Positions 1-15,200 of a DNA stretch of 64,000 nt are shown one piece after another. The notes under the pieces were generated by a model, which did no database searches, was not told the DNA's origin, and saw only the letters and a program-made list of their open reading frames with translations. The translations under genes were made by a program, and so were the position numbers. Numbering within the stretch: position 1 is the stretch's first letter; every line of letters begins with the position of its first letter. The stretch covers positions 18,104,001 to 18,168,000 of the forward strand of contig OZ024755.1 of NCBI GenBank assembly GCA_964016885.1. Reading direction: 5' to 3'. This DNA comes from Eledone cirrhosa. Its lineage: Eukaryota.

Positions 1-559
1 AATAATTTGACTGATGTGGCCTGATGATGTTAGAAATGTCATTATTTTTACATTGCTTTCAATCTTAATATTCATTGCTTTAGTTTTTCAGTTTCTAATA
101 TAATAATTGTTTTATTTCAGTCTCTCTTCTATTGCATTAAATAGAAGTATCATAATATATATATATATGTATATATATAGTGTGTGTGTGTGTGTAAACA
201 TGTTGTTGGACCTCTATCATTTCCAATGACAAACGCTCCAGTTGGTTCAATCGTTGGAACTGCCTGTTCATAAAATTAGTGTGTAAGTAACTGAGCATTC
301 GACAGGCATATGGCCCCTAACCACTAAGCCACACCTTCACAACCATATATATATGTATGTATTTATGTATGTATGTATGTAAAAAGTAAACAGAAATAAC
401 AAAGCTAGTGACACACTATATTGAAAAAATATATTAGATTAAATAACAGGAAAAGTTTTAATGCTTCGGACACTAGTCCTTCATCAGAAGATAGAATTAG
501 AAATAAAAGAATTAAGATAAAGAGTGAGAAGAGGAAGGAATGAAAAAAATGTCTAATTC

Positions 560-990
560 CTTCAAAACATCTAGAGATGTTACATAGATGTAAACATATA
601 ACTCCTTCAAGACATCTAGAGATGCTACACAGATGTAAACATCTACTTCAAGACATCTTGAGATGCTACACAGATGTAAACATCTACTTCAAGACATCTA
701 GATATGTTACACAGATGTAAACATCTACTTCAAGACATCTAGAGATGTTACACAGATGTAAACATCTACTTCAAGACATCTAGAGATGTTACACAGATGT
801 AAACATCTACTTCAAGACATCTTGAGATGTTACACAGATGTAAACATCTAATTCCTTCAAGACATCTAGAGATGTTACACAGATGTAAACATCTACTTCA
901 AGACATCTAGAGATGCTACACAGATGTAAACATCTACTTCAAGACATCTTGAGATGCTACACAGATGTAAACATCTACTTCAAGACATCG
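560..990. repeat. 41-bp minisatellite, ~10 copies, with internal ACATCT/AGATGT inverted motifs
   Basis: Unit CTTCAAGACATCTAGAGATGTTACACAGATGTAAACATCTA. Confidence 0.95.
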
Positions 991-1578
991 AGAGAAGTTA
1001 GACATGTCTATTTCTGAAACTGTGACTAAATCACTTTTAACATTAAAAAAATCCCACCCAAAATACAGTTATGTCTGAGTAAGATACGGCACAGCCAGCT
1101 GGCTAGACTTGTCCCATGACATGGGTGACCCATCTAACCCATGCAAGCATGGAAAAATAGATGTTAAACAGTGATGATGATATTCATATATATACATATA
1201 TACATACATACAGTCTTTAGTTTGTTTTAGCCATCATGAACTAGGCCATGCTGGAGCACTGACGTGTATGTGTGTGACTAAATGCATTTCCGTGAATTCT
1301 TTACATGAATAGAGGCTTTTGATCTCTTAGATTCAAATGTTAGTGTGACTGCAATTTATTATTATTATTATTATTGTTTATATTTATGCTTGTCTCTCTT
1401 TTTTTTTTTTTTTTAGATACTAATATTTTTTCTCTTCTTTCTATTTTTTTTTTTTTGCTTTTATTGTATGTGTGTATATAGTGTAAAATAAGAGTGTTGC
1501 AGAGGTGTATATTTTTTTGGCCTTGCTCTATAATAATAATTTTTTTTTTTTTTTTTTTTTTTCTGTTTTCTTTGTCAG

Positions 1579-1719
1579 ATCTTGGTACGAGAGGCAAGGT
1601 AATACGTATACTGCTGATTACGTTGAAGGTAGTCGGTGTCCATGCCTTCCTTTACACATTCATCATATCACTCAACCTGCTTAGCCAATCATTCAGGCTT
1701 ATTGGTGGCAAAACTGCTG
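1579..1719 (+). CDS. SLC34A: SLC34 exon (first visible; TM1 region, ..[23 protein letters not shown])
   Basis: Poly-T tract and cag acceptor at 1577-78; donor g|gtaggt at 1720; phase 1/1. Confidence 0.9.
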
Positions 1720-2834
1720 GTAGGTTTTTACTTCATATAACAAATATAATTAGCAATTGTCTAGAGATTGATTATTGGTAAAGATCTGAGGGACATTGTT
1801 AAAATATGACATCAGTGAGAAAGGACACAACAATAACAGCAACAACAAGAAATTATTTTTAATAGAGATAAAAGCAACTTTCTTAAACTGTTTGGACAAA
1901 TCAAACACAACTTGTGATCTCTAAAATCTGGAAAGTATGAAACCTGGAGAGACAAGACCTTAAACTGGTCTCTATGACAACCATAGCCAGAAAGCAATGA
2001 AAGGATAATAAACAGAGGCGGGTCTCTAAGATCTGAAAGAGAAATAGTGGAAGCCCCAATAGTAGATGGAGAGACAAGACCTTAAACTGGTCCCTATGTC
2101 AACCATAGCCAGAAAGCAATGAAAGGATAATAAACAGAAGCGGGTCTCTAAGATCTGAAAGAGAAATAGTGGAAGCCCTAATAGTAGATGGAGAGACAAG
2201 ACCTTAAACTGGTCTCTATGTCAACCATAGCCAGAAAGCAATGAAAGGATAATAAAAAGGAAAAAATAGAGGAAATATGTTCCTGACATTTAGTATTCTG
2301 CTGTAAATGGAAATAATGATTAAAATTAAAAAGTTCAATTTTTTCTTAACTGTATTTTGTTCCATGCCAAGAAAAGAAACCATCACCATTATCATTATCA
2401 TTGGGAAAGGGAACACAATCGAGAATAATGTATTTGATTACAATTATGGTGTATCTCAGTTCTATTTACCTACAGTGTGTGTGTGTGTATATCATCATCA
2501 TCATCTTACGTCCGCTTTTCCCTGCTTGCAAGGGTGGGACGGGAACTGATATATATATATATTGGTACCACAACATCCAGTCCAAAATAAATGAGGTCGT
2601 GTAGGTGTCACGACAAAAAACACACAGTCCACGCTGTAATGTGGCCGTGTAGATAACACGGTAAAAACCTCCCAGTCCACACTGTAAAGGTGGTTGATGT
2701 TAGGAAGGGCATCCAGCCGTAGAAAACCCGCCAGACAGTCCTATACGAGCAAGACAACCAATCTTGCCTCAAGTGGGAAAATTCCCGTCCAAACCCATGC
2801 AAGCATGGAAGATGGATGTTAAACGATGATGATG

Positions 2835-2865
<31 letters not shown>

Positions 2866-3438
2866 CAATGTATATTTCTTGTTTCTGAGTAATGTTACTC
2901 AGAAAAGCTCCTTAATAAAGTAAACTTCACATGAATCTATACAGTCTTTACCTATATTATCCAATTTAGGGAATAAGTACAATAAAGGTTAGGCTTCACT
3001 GATGATGTCATAATGAGCAAAAAATATGTCTAGAGTTGTCTCCCACACTTGCTGACAATTTAAAACAATATTAGTCAATGTCTAGTGATGTTTTTCCTTG
3101 ATTATAGTTATTTGCAGTTATCTATTTTTAATGTCCACTGCATTAAAAATGTTGACACCAACAACACACGTGTATATAATGTTTGGTATATGAATAATAG
3201 AGTCAGTTTTAGTGCACAAAATGGTCAAAGTGATTTCAACTGTTTCCATTAGTATATTGGCAGTAATTGTACTTTATTGGCAAGTTATTTTACATTAATT
3301 GTCTCTATTGAAAAAATGCCATGAGACTTATTGGTTGGAAAATACTGATATGCCGTTAATCAATACATCTCGTAACCATATTTAATTTGCATTCATACAT
3401 GTATATTTATGTAATTGTGTATTTATATCTATGTGTGC

Positions 3439-3473
<35 letters not shown>

Positions 3474-5960
3474 AAGATGTAGTGAAAGTCCCGAGAGACA
3501 AAAAGTCAAGAAAAATATTTTGGTATCCATAATCTTCAAGTTTTGCCAAACTCAATTTTGCTTTTCATATTTTAGAGGTCAATAAAGTAAGATACTGAAG
3601 TTTATTTAACCCTTTAGATACCAACTGGCCAAAACTGGCTCCGGTTCTATGAAACAAAACCCCTTAGATATCAACTGGCTAAAACTGGCTCCGGTTCTAT
3701 GAAACAAAACCCCTTAGATATCAACTGGCCAAAACTGGTTCTGGTTCTATAAAGCAACCCATTAACAAAAAATTACTATTTAAATTAAAATATAACACAA
3801 TTGTATATAAGAACTGTCTTAGTAATGAAATAATGAATAATTTTAGTAAATCTCTCAAAATTCTTCCTTAACATCCTGTACCACATGAAATCTCATTAGC
3901 AAGACATTTTTGAAAAGTACAAACTAGCACTAGGACGACAAAGTGTTTGCTCTAATACTGAAAATTATCACAACAATCTGTCAATTAGTAAAGATCCTAT
4001 AAACATTTGAATCACCAGACAGTTTTTAGACATTTTATGTTAACTTATTACAAGAGCATCATTGTCATTGTAACGTCTGCTTTCCCTATTAGCAAGGGTT
4101 GGACGGGTCCATATAGACCAAGTGAGTACTGAAGCAGAGCCACAGATCTTCCAGGCAGGTCAGAGACCTGTGTGCTTAAGTACAGTCTCACGTTCCATGA
4201 TGATAAGATTTAATTAATTAATTAATTAATATGGTCTGTATTTTATTAGAAAAACTGTCATGAGATGGTTAAAGGACCATACTTCTCTATACTGCCAGTC
4301 AATTACCTTCTACCTACGAATAAGAAATAATTCTATGTATGTACACACAAATGTGGGTGGTCCATATTTTAAAGATATCCTGTATCTGGAATATTTCCAA
4401 AACTGGATATTAAATCCAACATTGGTAATTAAGATGTATGCCATGTAATTTATCTGGCTTTCATTTAGTCTAATATGGAACGGTTGGCATCCAACCATTT
4501 CGAAATTAGTCTTAAGCTTTGATCAAATATTTAGTACATCTTTCAATTCACTTCATAGTTAACAGCAATCGCTTTACATCTAGTTTCCATGTTGGTATCG
4601 GTTAGATAGGTCATCACAGCCCAACACAAGACTTGGTCAGATAACCACGTTTGACTCATATGTTCCATATTTTGGCATCGTTTCTATGACTGGATTCTCT
4701 TCATAACACCAACCACTTTAGAGAGCATACTGGGTCTGTTTTGTCATGGCAAAGACTAGAGATTTCATTTGCTTGGCCAGATTGAAGAGCTATGTCTACT
4801 CTATATTGTCTCTGTTCGGTTGTTAACCACTTTACAGAGTGTACTGGGTGTGTTTTATCATGGCATTTTATATTTAACAACAATTATTTTAGATCTGGTT
4901 CACTGAATTTAAAAAAAAAAAAAATACTTTATCTAGTAATAGTTGATAAATATGTTGATTGATGTTACAGTTGTTTAGACCTAGATCAACGCTGATCAAA
5001 GAAGTTCCATCCTAAACCAACCTGTCTTTCTGTATGTCTAGGAGTACATTATCCAATGTGGCCTCTTTATGATAGTTGGATGCAATCTGATGTTAAAGAC
5101 TTTAGAATACTTAATATATATATTTACATTCTCTCACTTTTTAATCTGATGAAATGTTCAGGAACAATCAGTTATGAATAATGTATGCTGCTTCTTCCAC
5201 ATCTTATCATTCCTACTACTAAGTCTGAAATAATTAAAACCATGTATTTCAGTTCATCTGTCTACATTTCAGTACATGTATCTTAAATAGTCGAAAGATT
5301 AAAATACTATGTGTCTATGTACATGTGTCTTAACTGAAAGGTTGTGTCTGTGTGTCTATTTGAGTACATGTGTCTTTAATAACCCAAATACTATATGTCA
5401 ATAAGGGCATTAGCCATAGAAACCAAGCCAAAATCAGTTCTGTATGAGTAAGACACGGTCATCTGAACTGGCTTGTCTTGTAAGGGGACAGACAGCTCAT
5501 CTAAACCATGTTGGCATGGAAAATGGACGTTAAACGATGATGATGGTGCTGCATCTTACATAACCGAAAGACTACGTGTCCTATCTATGTATGTATTTGA
5601 GTACGTGTGTCTTAAATAACCGAAAGACTGTCTATGTATGTATTTAAAGTGTATGTGTTTTAAATAATCAAAGCACTGTGTATGTGTGTTTCACTACATG
5701 TCTTAAATAACCAAACCACTTATGTGTGTGTGTGTGTGTGTGTGTAAATACATGTATCAGTTATGCTCATAAATTTGAAATGTAATTGTTATTCTATTTC
5801 TAGGTGGTGTCATGTCTAACCATGTACTCCTACAAAATCCACTAACTGGTCTTATGATTGGCATCCTTGCAACTGTGTTAATGCAGAGCTCAAGTACATC
5901 AACATCAATTGTTGTTACCATGGTAGCAGCTAATAGTAAGTTTAATATTAGTCTATTTAT

Positions 5961-5996
<36 letters not shown>

Positions 5997-6228
5997 TGTT
6001 TCTACTATTGGCACAAGGCCAGCAATTTACCCAGTGCATTACTGGTACTTTATTTTATCGACCCCGTAAGGATGAAAGGCAAAGTTAACCTCGGCTGGAT
6101 TTGAACTCAGAATGGCAAGGGCCGTAACTATACGTCAAAGCATGGCGTCCGACCCTCTACCGATACTGCCAATCAATTGTTGTTACCATGGTAGCAGCTA
6201 ATAGTAAGTTTAATATTAGTCTATTTAT

Positions 6229-6261
<33 letters not shown>

Positions 6262-9200
6262 TGTTTCTACTATTGGCACAAGGCCAGCAATTTACCCAGT
6301 GCATTACTGGTACTTTATTTTATCGACCCCGTAAGGATGGACAAAGTTAACCTCGGCTGGATTTGAACTCAGAATGGCAAGGGCCGTAACTATACGTCAA
6401 AGCATGGCGTCCGACCCTCTACCGATACTGCCAATCAATTGTTGTTACCATGGTAGCAGCTAATAGTAAGTTTATTAGTCTATTTATTATAATAATAATA
6501 ATAATAATGGTTTCTAATTTAGGCACAAGGCCAGCAATTTTAGGGGGAGAGGGGAAAGTAAATTAAATCAACCTCAGTGCATTACTGCTACTTTGTAATA
6601 ATAATAATAATAATGATAGATTTTGATATAGGCACAAGGCTAATTTTGGGGCGAGGAAAGTTGATTCAATCGACCCTAGTGTGTTACTGGTACTTAATAA
6701 TAATAGTTTTTTTTATTTAGGCACAAGGCTAACAATTTTTTTGAGGTGGGGAAGTTGATTAAATTGACCCCAGTGCAATACTGGTACTTTATTTATCGAC
6801 CCTGTAAGGATGGAAGGCAAAGCTGACCTCGGCGGGATTTGAACTCTGAACATAAAAGGCCATAACTATATACTGCAAAGCATGTTGTCTCAGCCTTATA
6901 ATAATAATAATAGTTTCCATATGGTTCACACATAGCAATGGAGGTATGACAGAGAAAGTAGAATACCAATTTATGGTGTCAACCTTGTCTTTTTCTCCTC
7001 TACTGAACACCTGGGCTAGGTTAGAAAAAAACAGCTGAAAACATGTCCTAAAAAACTGGAATTGTAGTTGCTGTTACATAGAAATATATATATATATATA
7101 TTAATGGAAACTATATTTATAAAACCATATTTATTTCATTATACATATTTCAAGGACACCAAAGAAAACTATGGTGCGCTTTCATCAGATAAAATATAAT
7201 ATAGATCAACAAATTAAATATAACTTCTATATATATATATATATATATATGGTGGCTGCCAACTCGTTTTCGAGTACGGCCACTACTTTATATCCATGTA
7301 GGAGAAGCCCTACCGATGCGCTGAACGAGTGTGACTTTTTAGTCCAGCCAGAAACTTGAAAACTCTGGTACAAACACTACACTTGTGACAATTATTGACA
7401 CATAGTGCTGGGCCCATGGTACCATGTGATGACAAGTGCAGAGAGATCTCCAGATATAAAGCAATGCCTGTGCCGTGAAGCTTTTATAGTGAGCAAAAGC
7501 ACTGCACAAAGCCAGTCCCACTCTCTTAACCAAGATGATATTTACCAAAAAGAAGAACAAGTCAACATCATTGGATACCATCAGGGTTGCAGGTGTTATA
7601 TCAGAGTTTTCCTTCTCCTAGAATTCTGCCTTGACAAAGACTAAGGGGTTATCTCTCCCAGTGATTTTAGATGGCCATTGACTCTTAAGAGATCCTTTGC
7701 CCTTTGACAGGTTTTGTTTTTAGTGCTGCAGGATGTCCAAAGTCACCCTCCTCACCAAGAAACCTTGGTGGGGTTGCCAGTTTAGTCGCCAACGACCCGA
7801 CCATGAGACAGGTTGTACTGGGATACATGTTACCAGTAGCACCAACTGGTGACCTGACATATATATATATGCGTCTTAGCTGAACAGTAAGGACACACCT
7901 AGCCAACTGTTATTTAGTGTCACTCTGGCCAATTTTAAGACAGTTCACTTCTGACTATCCAATCATTAACCTTTTAACATTTACATTACTCTATATTTAC
8001 TATTATAGTTTCATGGTAAACACTTTATCTCATATAGTATTGAATCTACGAGATTTTCATATTATTTATTTTGAGAACAATACCTTAATATAAGTATGAG
8101 CAGCCAGTTAGGGCTGGTTTGAACAGAAAGTGTTGAGAGAATTCTAGCCAGTTTAGATGCTAAAAGGGTTAATAATAAAACAACACCAATAATATACTTT
8201 TGAATAATATTCCTTGAATAGTAAATTATTGTTTTTGAAGTTCATTTGAAGAAGGAAAAACATTGATAAAAACTGAAGAAAAAAATATATATAATGAAGT
8301 CAGAGTATTTTTTTGTATATTTTCCCTTGACACTAACAAAGCATGTGAATTAACATTCTATGTGTTGGCTAATGAATCAAAATAGTTTCTTGTGATGTGA
8401 TTTTCTTCTCTTGGATCTCTATGACATGTAGAATGTAAGTGCATAGTGCCTTGAAACACATCTCTTTTTTTGGTACATTCCAGCTGAGGGAAGATAGCTA
8501 TACTCACTGAAAAGTTGAGTAACAGGTATTCAGAAAGACATTTCTTCTTTAAATTCCCACATATATGTATATCGGTTGTCCTACCTATGCAGATGTTAAA
8601 CGATGATGATGATACTGATGATATATATAACTATACACATATATTTATATAAGAAGATTGGCTGAGAAGTTCATAGGCTGATCAAGATACTCTCATTGAA
8701 TGACCAAATGAGGTTTATTTTTCAACATAGACCCTGGAAAAAAACAATGCAAGTTATTAATAAGGAGAGTTGAAATTAATGTATGCAGGATTTCACAGCT
8801 CTAGCATCACTCCTTCATAAGCTGACCAAGATACTCTCATACAATGACCAAATGAAGTTTAATTTAAAACATAGTCCATGGAAAGAAACGATGCAGTTTG
8901 AAATTTATGCATGCAAGATTTCACAGCTCTAGCATCATTTCTTCATAGTCAGCCTATGAACTTTTCGGTTGACTCTCAAATCATCATCATTTCATTTTAC
9001 GTCCGCTTTTCCCTGCTAGCAAAGGTGGGATGGGAACTGATTCTGGCTTGATTTCTACAGCTGGATGCCCTTCCTAACACCAACCTCATTTACAGTGAGT
9101 GCTGGGTGCTTTTTTGCCGTGGCACCTCCACGACCACTTTGCAGTGGAATGATATGGACCCCAGTCCCTACCATCTCATTTCTACAGCTGAGTAAACTGG

Positions 9201-12200
9201 AGCAATGTGAAATAAAGTGTCTTGCTCAAGGAAACAACACATCACCCGGTCTGAGAATTGAACTCACAACCTTTTGATTGCAAGGCCAATGCTCTAACCA
9301 TTAAGCCATGTGCCTCCATATGTATATAGGAAAAATGTATTGATTTTATCTAAAATACAAACTATTTTTTTTTTATGTTCTCATTGATATTTCATATTTC
9401 TGAAACGAATCTTAATTGCAAAGTAATTGTGAAGTTTAACCCTTTAGCTTCTACATTACTCTATATTTACTATTGTATTTTCATAGTAAAGGATTTATCT
9501 CACATAATATTGAATCTATGAGATTTGGTGTTATTTATTTTGAGAACAATACCTTAACATAAGTATGAGTGTCTAGTTACAACCGGTTTGAACAGAAAGA
9601 GGTGAGAGAATTCTGGCTGGATATGGCTGGTTTAAATGCTAAAGGGTTAATCTAGCCATAGAATTCATATCAAAAGGTAAAAAAATTACAAAAACCTCGC
9701 CATCTAACCTCATTAGTCACATGGCATAACAACCCACCCAAACCATATCATGAAAAATGGCCATAAAATGGTGATGATTGACAGTGGTGGTGGTGGTGGT
9801 GATATCTTTATTATGTTTTTAAAAATTACATTTTATCATTTTTCTTTGTCTTTTCCAGTGATCGATGTCGAGCCTGCCATTCCAATTATTATGGGTGCCA
9901 ACATTGGGACATCTGTCACCAACACAATTGTTTCATTGGCCCAATATGGAAACAGGGATGAATTTCGGAGAGCTTTTGGTGCTGCCACCGTCCATGATAT
10001 GTTCAATTGGTTGAGTGTTTGTTTGTTACTCACTATGGAGATCTGCACCGGTAATTACTATTCTCTGCATCACATTTACTTATTTAAACTGCTGGTCACT
10101 AGCTTCCTGTAAACTGGTGATACACCCAGAACACTCTGTAAAGTGGTAGTGATGGTGCTATGATAAAACACACCTAGTGATCTGTAAAGTAGTAGTGATG
10201 GTGCCTTAAGATATATCCAGTACACTCTGTAAAGTAGTAGTGATGGTGCCTTAAGATATATCCAGTACACTCTGTAAAGTAGTAGTGATGGTGCCTTGAT
10301 AAGATATATCCGGTACACTCTGTAAAGTAGTAGTGATGGTGCCTTAAGATATATCCGGTACACTCTGTAAAGTAGTAGTGATGGTGCCTTGATAAGATAT
10401 ATCCGGTACACTCTGTAAAGTAGTAGTGATGGTGCCTTGATAAGATATATCCAGTACACTCTGTAAAGTAGTAGTGATGGTGCCTTGATAAGATATATCC
10501 GGTACACTCTGTAAAGTAGTAGTGATGGTGCCTTGATAAAATATACTCAGTACACTGTAAAGTAGTAGCGCTGGTCCCATAATAAAATACATCCAGTACA
10601 CTCTGTAAAGTGGTCATGATGGTACCATGATAAATTACACCCAGTATACTCTGTAAAATGGTAGTGATGGTGCCATGAAATGTAGGTGCTGTTAATAACA
10701 TTAACTAACCATTTAAACCGTCTGTATCCGGCCAGAATTCTCACCTTTTTCTGTTCAAAACGGCCATAACTGGCTGCTCGTTCTTATGTTAAGGTATTGT
10801 TCTCAAAATAAATATGAAAATCTTGTAGATTCGATATTATGTGAGATAAGGCCTTTACTGTGAATGCTAAAGTGTTTACACCACTTTCTACTTGTAGTTT
10901 TATTGGTGAATATTTATAGATCAAGGGAAATAACTACAACAATCAGGATATTCTAAATCCTGATATATTGTTGTTTAGTTATATGATTACATTTTTACAT
11001 ACTTTAGACTGTTGCGTATATTTTACTCAGTTATCAGTTGGTAACAAAAGAGTTAACCCTTTAGTTACCAATCCAGCCAAAACCGGCTTTGATTCTATAA
11101 AATAAAACTACTCATTTTAAAGGTTTCCCATTTATATTAAAATCTTCCGACAATTTTATGTAAGAACCTTACATTAAGTTACTATCTTACTAATGAAATA
11201 ATTCATAATTTTAATAAATACCTCAAAATTCTGCATTGATTAATTGAAATGGAGTGTATTTCATTAGAAATGGGGTAATAAAAGAAAAGAATCAATGTAT
11301 TCTTTTTACTGCTGTTAAACAAACATGGCTAATCAAATTAATTCATTCAAGTTATCATTATTTTTTCATTCACTTTTCGATGCTTGCTTGGGTTGGACTG
11401 GTCCTTAGCACAGCATCTTTCCACGCAATCCTTTGTTATTGCCTCTGAGTTTCAGTGATTTTATAACTAGATTCTACTTTATTATTTTACAGGATTCCTC
11501 TATAAGTTGAGTGGGCTGATGGTATCAAACCTCTCCCTTACCCAGTATAAAACTAGGAAGTTTGACATGCTGAAAGTCATAACTAAACCTGTTACAAATT
11601 TAATTGTTCAAGTGAGTATTTGGGTTTTATATAAAATCTTATTTCAACTTGAACTGTATATATATAATTGCCATCCTTATCTCTCATTTTTATTCTAGCA
11701 AGTTATTAAATTGCAAATGTTCCAACATTTTTTTCCCCCATACATTGTAACTTTTGTGTTGCTAATTCTCATTTATTTTCATGTGTTAAGTATATATATA
11801 TATATAGGGCAGGTAAAATTCCTGAGATCCATGGACAAGTTCTCTCCAGTGGTCTCTGTCCATCATCATCAACAAATGTCATCCTCAATCTCTCTCTTCC
11901 AGTGTGTCCATGTAGGTGCTCCCAGAGGACCACTGAGTGCAGTGTCAACTCTGGATGTCGGTGAGCATGTCCAGCTAACCTCAGTCTCCTCTGTGTTACT
12001 TGCAAGCTGACTTTTGGGAGGCTCCCGTACTGCACAGAGTTCTTCATCCTCAATGCATACTAATTAATCTTCAGAGCCATCCTCAGCATCCTCTTGTAGC
12101 ACCCATCCACCATCTGAGTGAGTCTCTTGGTCAGTCAAGTCTCGGACCCTACCAGCAACACATATTTCACTGTAGTGATGAAGAAACAGATCTTCAGGCC

Positions 12201-15200
12201 TCTACGAATGTCCAACCTCAAACTGACACGTCGTCCAGGCTTTGCTCTTCCTCTCTACCACATCAACCTCTGTGTTCCCAATCTTAGCTCCCGTGTTTGT
12301 CACCAGAGAGCTATGTTATCAGCAAATTCAGCACCTGATATCTTTTTAGCCTTAATCCTGGTGTTTCTACAGTGCAAGGCGCTGCAACGATGAAAAGATA
12401 GGGAGCCAATGATTGTTGGGTAAAGAAATGCCAGTGGAAAGATGTCACAGTAGAGGTAGACCAAGAAAGACCTGGGCAGAGGTTATGAGAGCTGACCTCA
12501 AATCACTGGGACTCACAAAGGAGATGATGAAAGAACACAAGTGGAGATAGGTTGTGCTGTGAAGGATCCATCTAATCCATGCAAGCCTGGAAAAAAACGC
12601 ACATAAAAACGATGATGGTGAGTATGTATAAAATGCACACACCTCTTTTTTCCTGTTGGTAATAACGGATCACCAATTGATGATGTTTACCAACTCTATT
12701 ATCGGATATGATGACTATGCTAAGAATCTATATTAGTAGCAATGTAATATAAATTATGAACCTATTGATCTTCAAGCAAGCAATCCAGTTTCAGTTCCCA
12801 GTTACAACCTTATGACTTCATTAAGGTCATTAGAAGCTGTGATGTTCTTATTGAGCAAGACCTGAACAACATAATGTTGATATTTACTTCTCTTAAATAT
12901 CTCCCATTTATTTTAGTTCGTAAATAAATGTTGGTTCATTTTGTGTTGTGTTAGTTTTTAAAGTTATATCTGATTTTTTTATTTTTGTAGCTTGATAAGA
13001 AAGTGATAGAAAGAATTGCCACAGGTCAATGTTGGAGTGGAGAAAGGTTACTAAAGGTAAAATTACATCTTATTCTTCTTCTTGATTGGTTACTTTAACA
13101 GGTTATGTGTGTTATGGTCATCATCATCATCATTGTTGTTTTAACATCTGCTTTTCCTGCTAGCAAGGGGTAGACAGGTCTATATAGACCAAGACAGGAC
13201 TGAAGCGGAGCCTCTGATCTCTCAGGCAGGTCAGATGTTCCATCAAGTGCTCAGAATAGGTTATGTTGCTTGGCCAAGTCTATATAATTAATTAGTAAAT
13301 GATCCAGTATCAGTACTGTGATGCACTTACAGCATTGGAATGTCTATTTTCTAATGTAAAATCAAATTTGCTTTCTAATTCTTTCTCCATATATTTAATA
13401 ACTGGCGAAAAGCCACATTTGTGTAGTTTACAGTGGAATAAGCTTACTCTCAGTGAAGGAAGAAAAATAGGGGAGGTAACTCTGAAATCCAAATAATGTC
13501 ATTTACCACATGTAAACCACATTAGTAAAACATTCTTGAAAAATTACTATAAACTGTGCTTTGACCACCTTACAGCGTGGACATAGTAAAATTAAATGAA
13601 AGTCTTTATTTTGGTTTACTGAAAATTTTTACAATCTGTCCACTAATAAAGATACAAATATTTCAATTAACAAACTCGTTTATGGGTATTGTTAAAAGTT
13701 AAAAATCGTATAGGTCAGCTTCCCATTCAAGGGAGTCCAAGCATTGTTCTATGGTGATGGTCATTCAATATACTGTGTCATTTGCTTTATATATATATAT
13801 ATTATTATTTTATTCTAAAAACTTCTCTCGATTTTTATTTAATAACCTTCCTGCTCCCTACTATTCTCCCCCCCCCCCCATACATTGTATACATGCCTGC
13901 TGGCTCTCTCTCAATCCCATCCCCTCCCTCTTCAAACATAAAATAAACTGTTGCAGGGTACGAAACTCAGAATTTGTCGACCCCATATTCTTGGTTACAC
14001 CGCTCGCCCACTCTTCTGTGAAATGTAATGTACGAATTCCTATTTTCTCCTCTCTCCGTGTTTACCTGGTCCATTCATCTATCTGTATCATATCGTCCAG
14101 AATACAACCTTTTCTTTTTCAATGCTATTTGATAATTCTCTCTGATTGTTCAAAATAATCTTCTTGTATTTTAAAATCCCATAATTCTTCCCTTATTACA
14201 ATTATATGCTCGTTCAATTATGGCCAAAATTTCGTGGATTTTATTTTATAACCTTCTCGCTAACTACCCCAGATCTCATATAGTAGGAAGAGGAAAGAAA
14301 GTTCAAGCATGTTCTACAATGCGAGGACCAAAAATGTGAGGTGTTCAGGATTGCTAGACAATGTGTCAAGGAAAACCGTGATATTGTCGGGGAGAAGTGT
14401 GTCCGTAATGATGATGGTGTACTTGCAATCACTGACGCTGATAAGAAGGTAGCTTGGAAGTGTCACTACGAAAGGCTACTAAATGAGGAGAATAAATGGG
14501 AGAAAGACAGCCTCCCCCACATCGATCCAATAGAGGGACCAGCAGTGCAAGTTGAAGGTAGTTATAATAAGTAAGGCAATCAAAGATATGAAGACGGGCA
14601 AGGCGACTGGGCCTTCGGAAATAGTTGCTGAAATGCTGAAAGCATCTGGAACGGTGGGACACACTATGGTCACCCGGATAGTAAACCAAGTTATACAGAA
14701 TGGGGTCGTACCAAAGGACTGGCGTAGCAGCATCATCATTAACTGCTACAAGGGTAAAGGAGACACCCTAGATAGGGGTAACTATAGAGGCATTAAATTA
14801 ATTGACCAGGTCATGAAGGTCACAGAAAAAGTAATAGCGCAACTAATCAGAGAGCGAATCGATCTAGAAGAAATGCAGTTCGGGTTTGTGTCAGGTAAAA
14901 GTCCCACAGACATTCTTTTCATTGTACGACAACTACAGAAGTACCTAGCTAAAAGTAACCCTTCTACTTAGCTTTTGTAGACCTGGAGAAAGCCTTTAAC
15001 AGAGTCCCCCGCTCCATTATCTGATGGGCTCTTAGAAAACTAGGTGTAGATGAATGGCTTGTGAGAGCAATACAAGCCATGTATAAAGAAACAGTCAGCA
15101 AGGTTAGAATTAACAACGAATATAGTGAAGAGTTTAGCGTAAAAGTTCGTGTTCATCAGGGCTGCGTCCTTACCCCCACTCCTATTTATTATCGCCCTCC

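Noticed and set aside
18-45. CTGATGA...GAAA..GTC hammerhead-like words; similar weak hits near 5146, 28030, 40700 and 46640
   Set aside because: Stems I and II do not pair, or several core positions are mutated
7250-7859. Solo LTR (TG...CA termini) or HDV/twister ribozyme
   Set aside because: The RTE zinc-finger and tail remnants explain it better. The G-U-closed 7-bp stem lacks P3, P1.1 and J4/2 of HDV, and the twister GUCCYAAGC motif is absent.
10076-10701. Repetitive His/Tyr/Cys-rich ORFs, also at 49141-49677, and the YI/CV-rich ORFs throughout
   Set aside because: Translations of mini- and microsatellites with no splice or homology support
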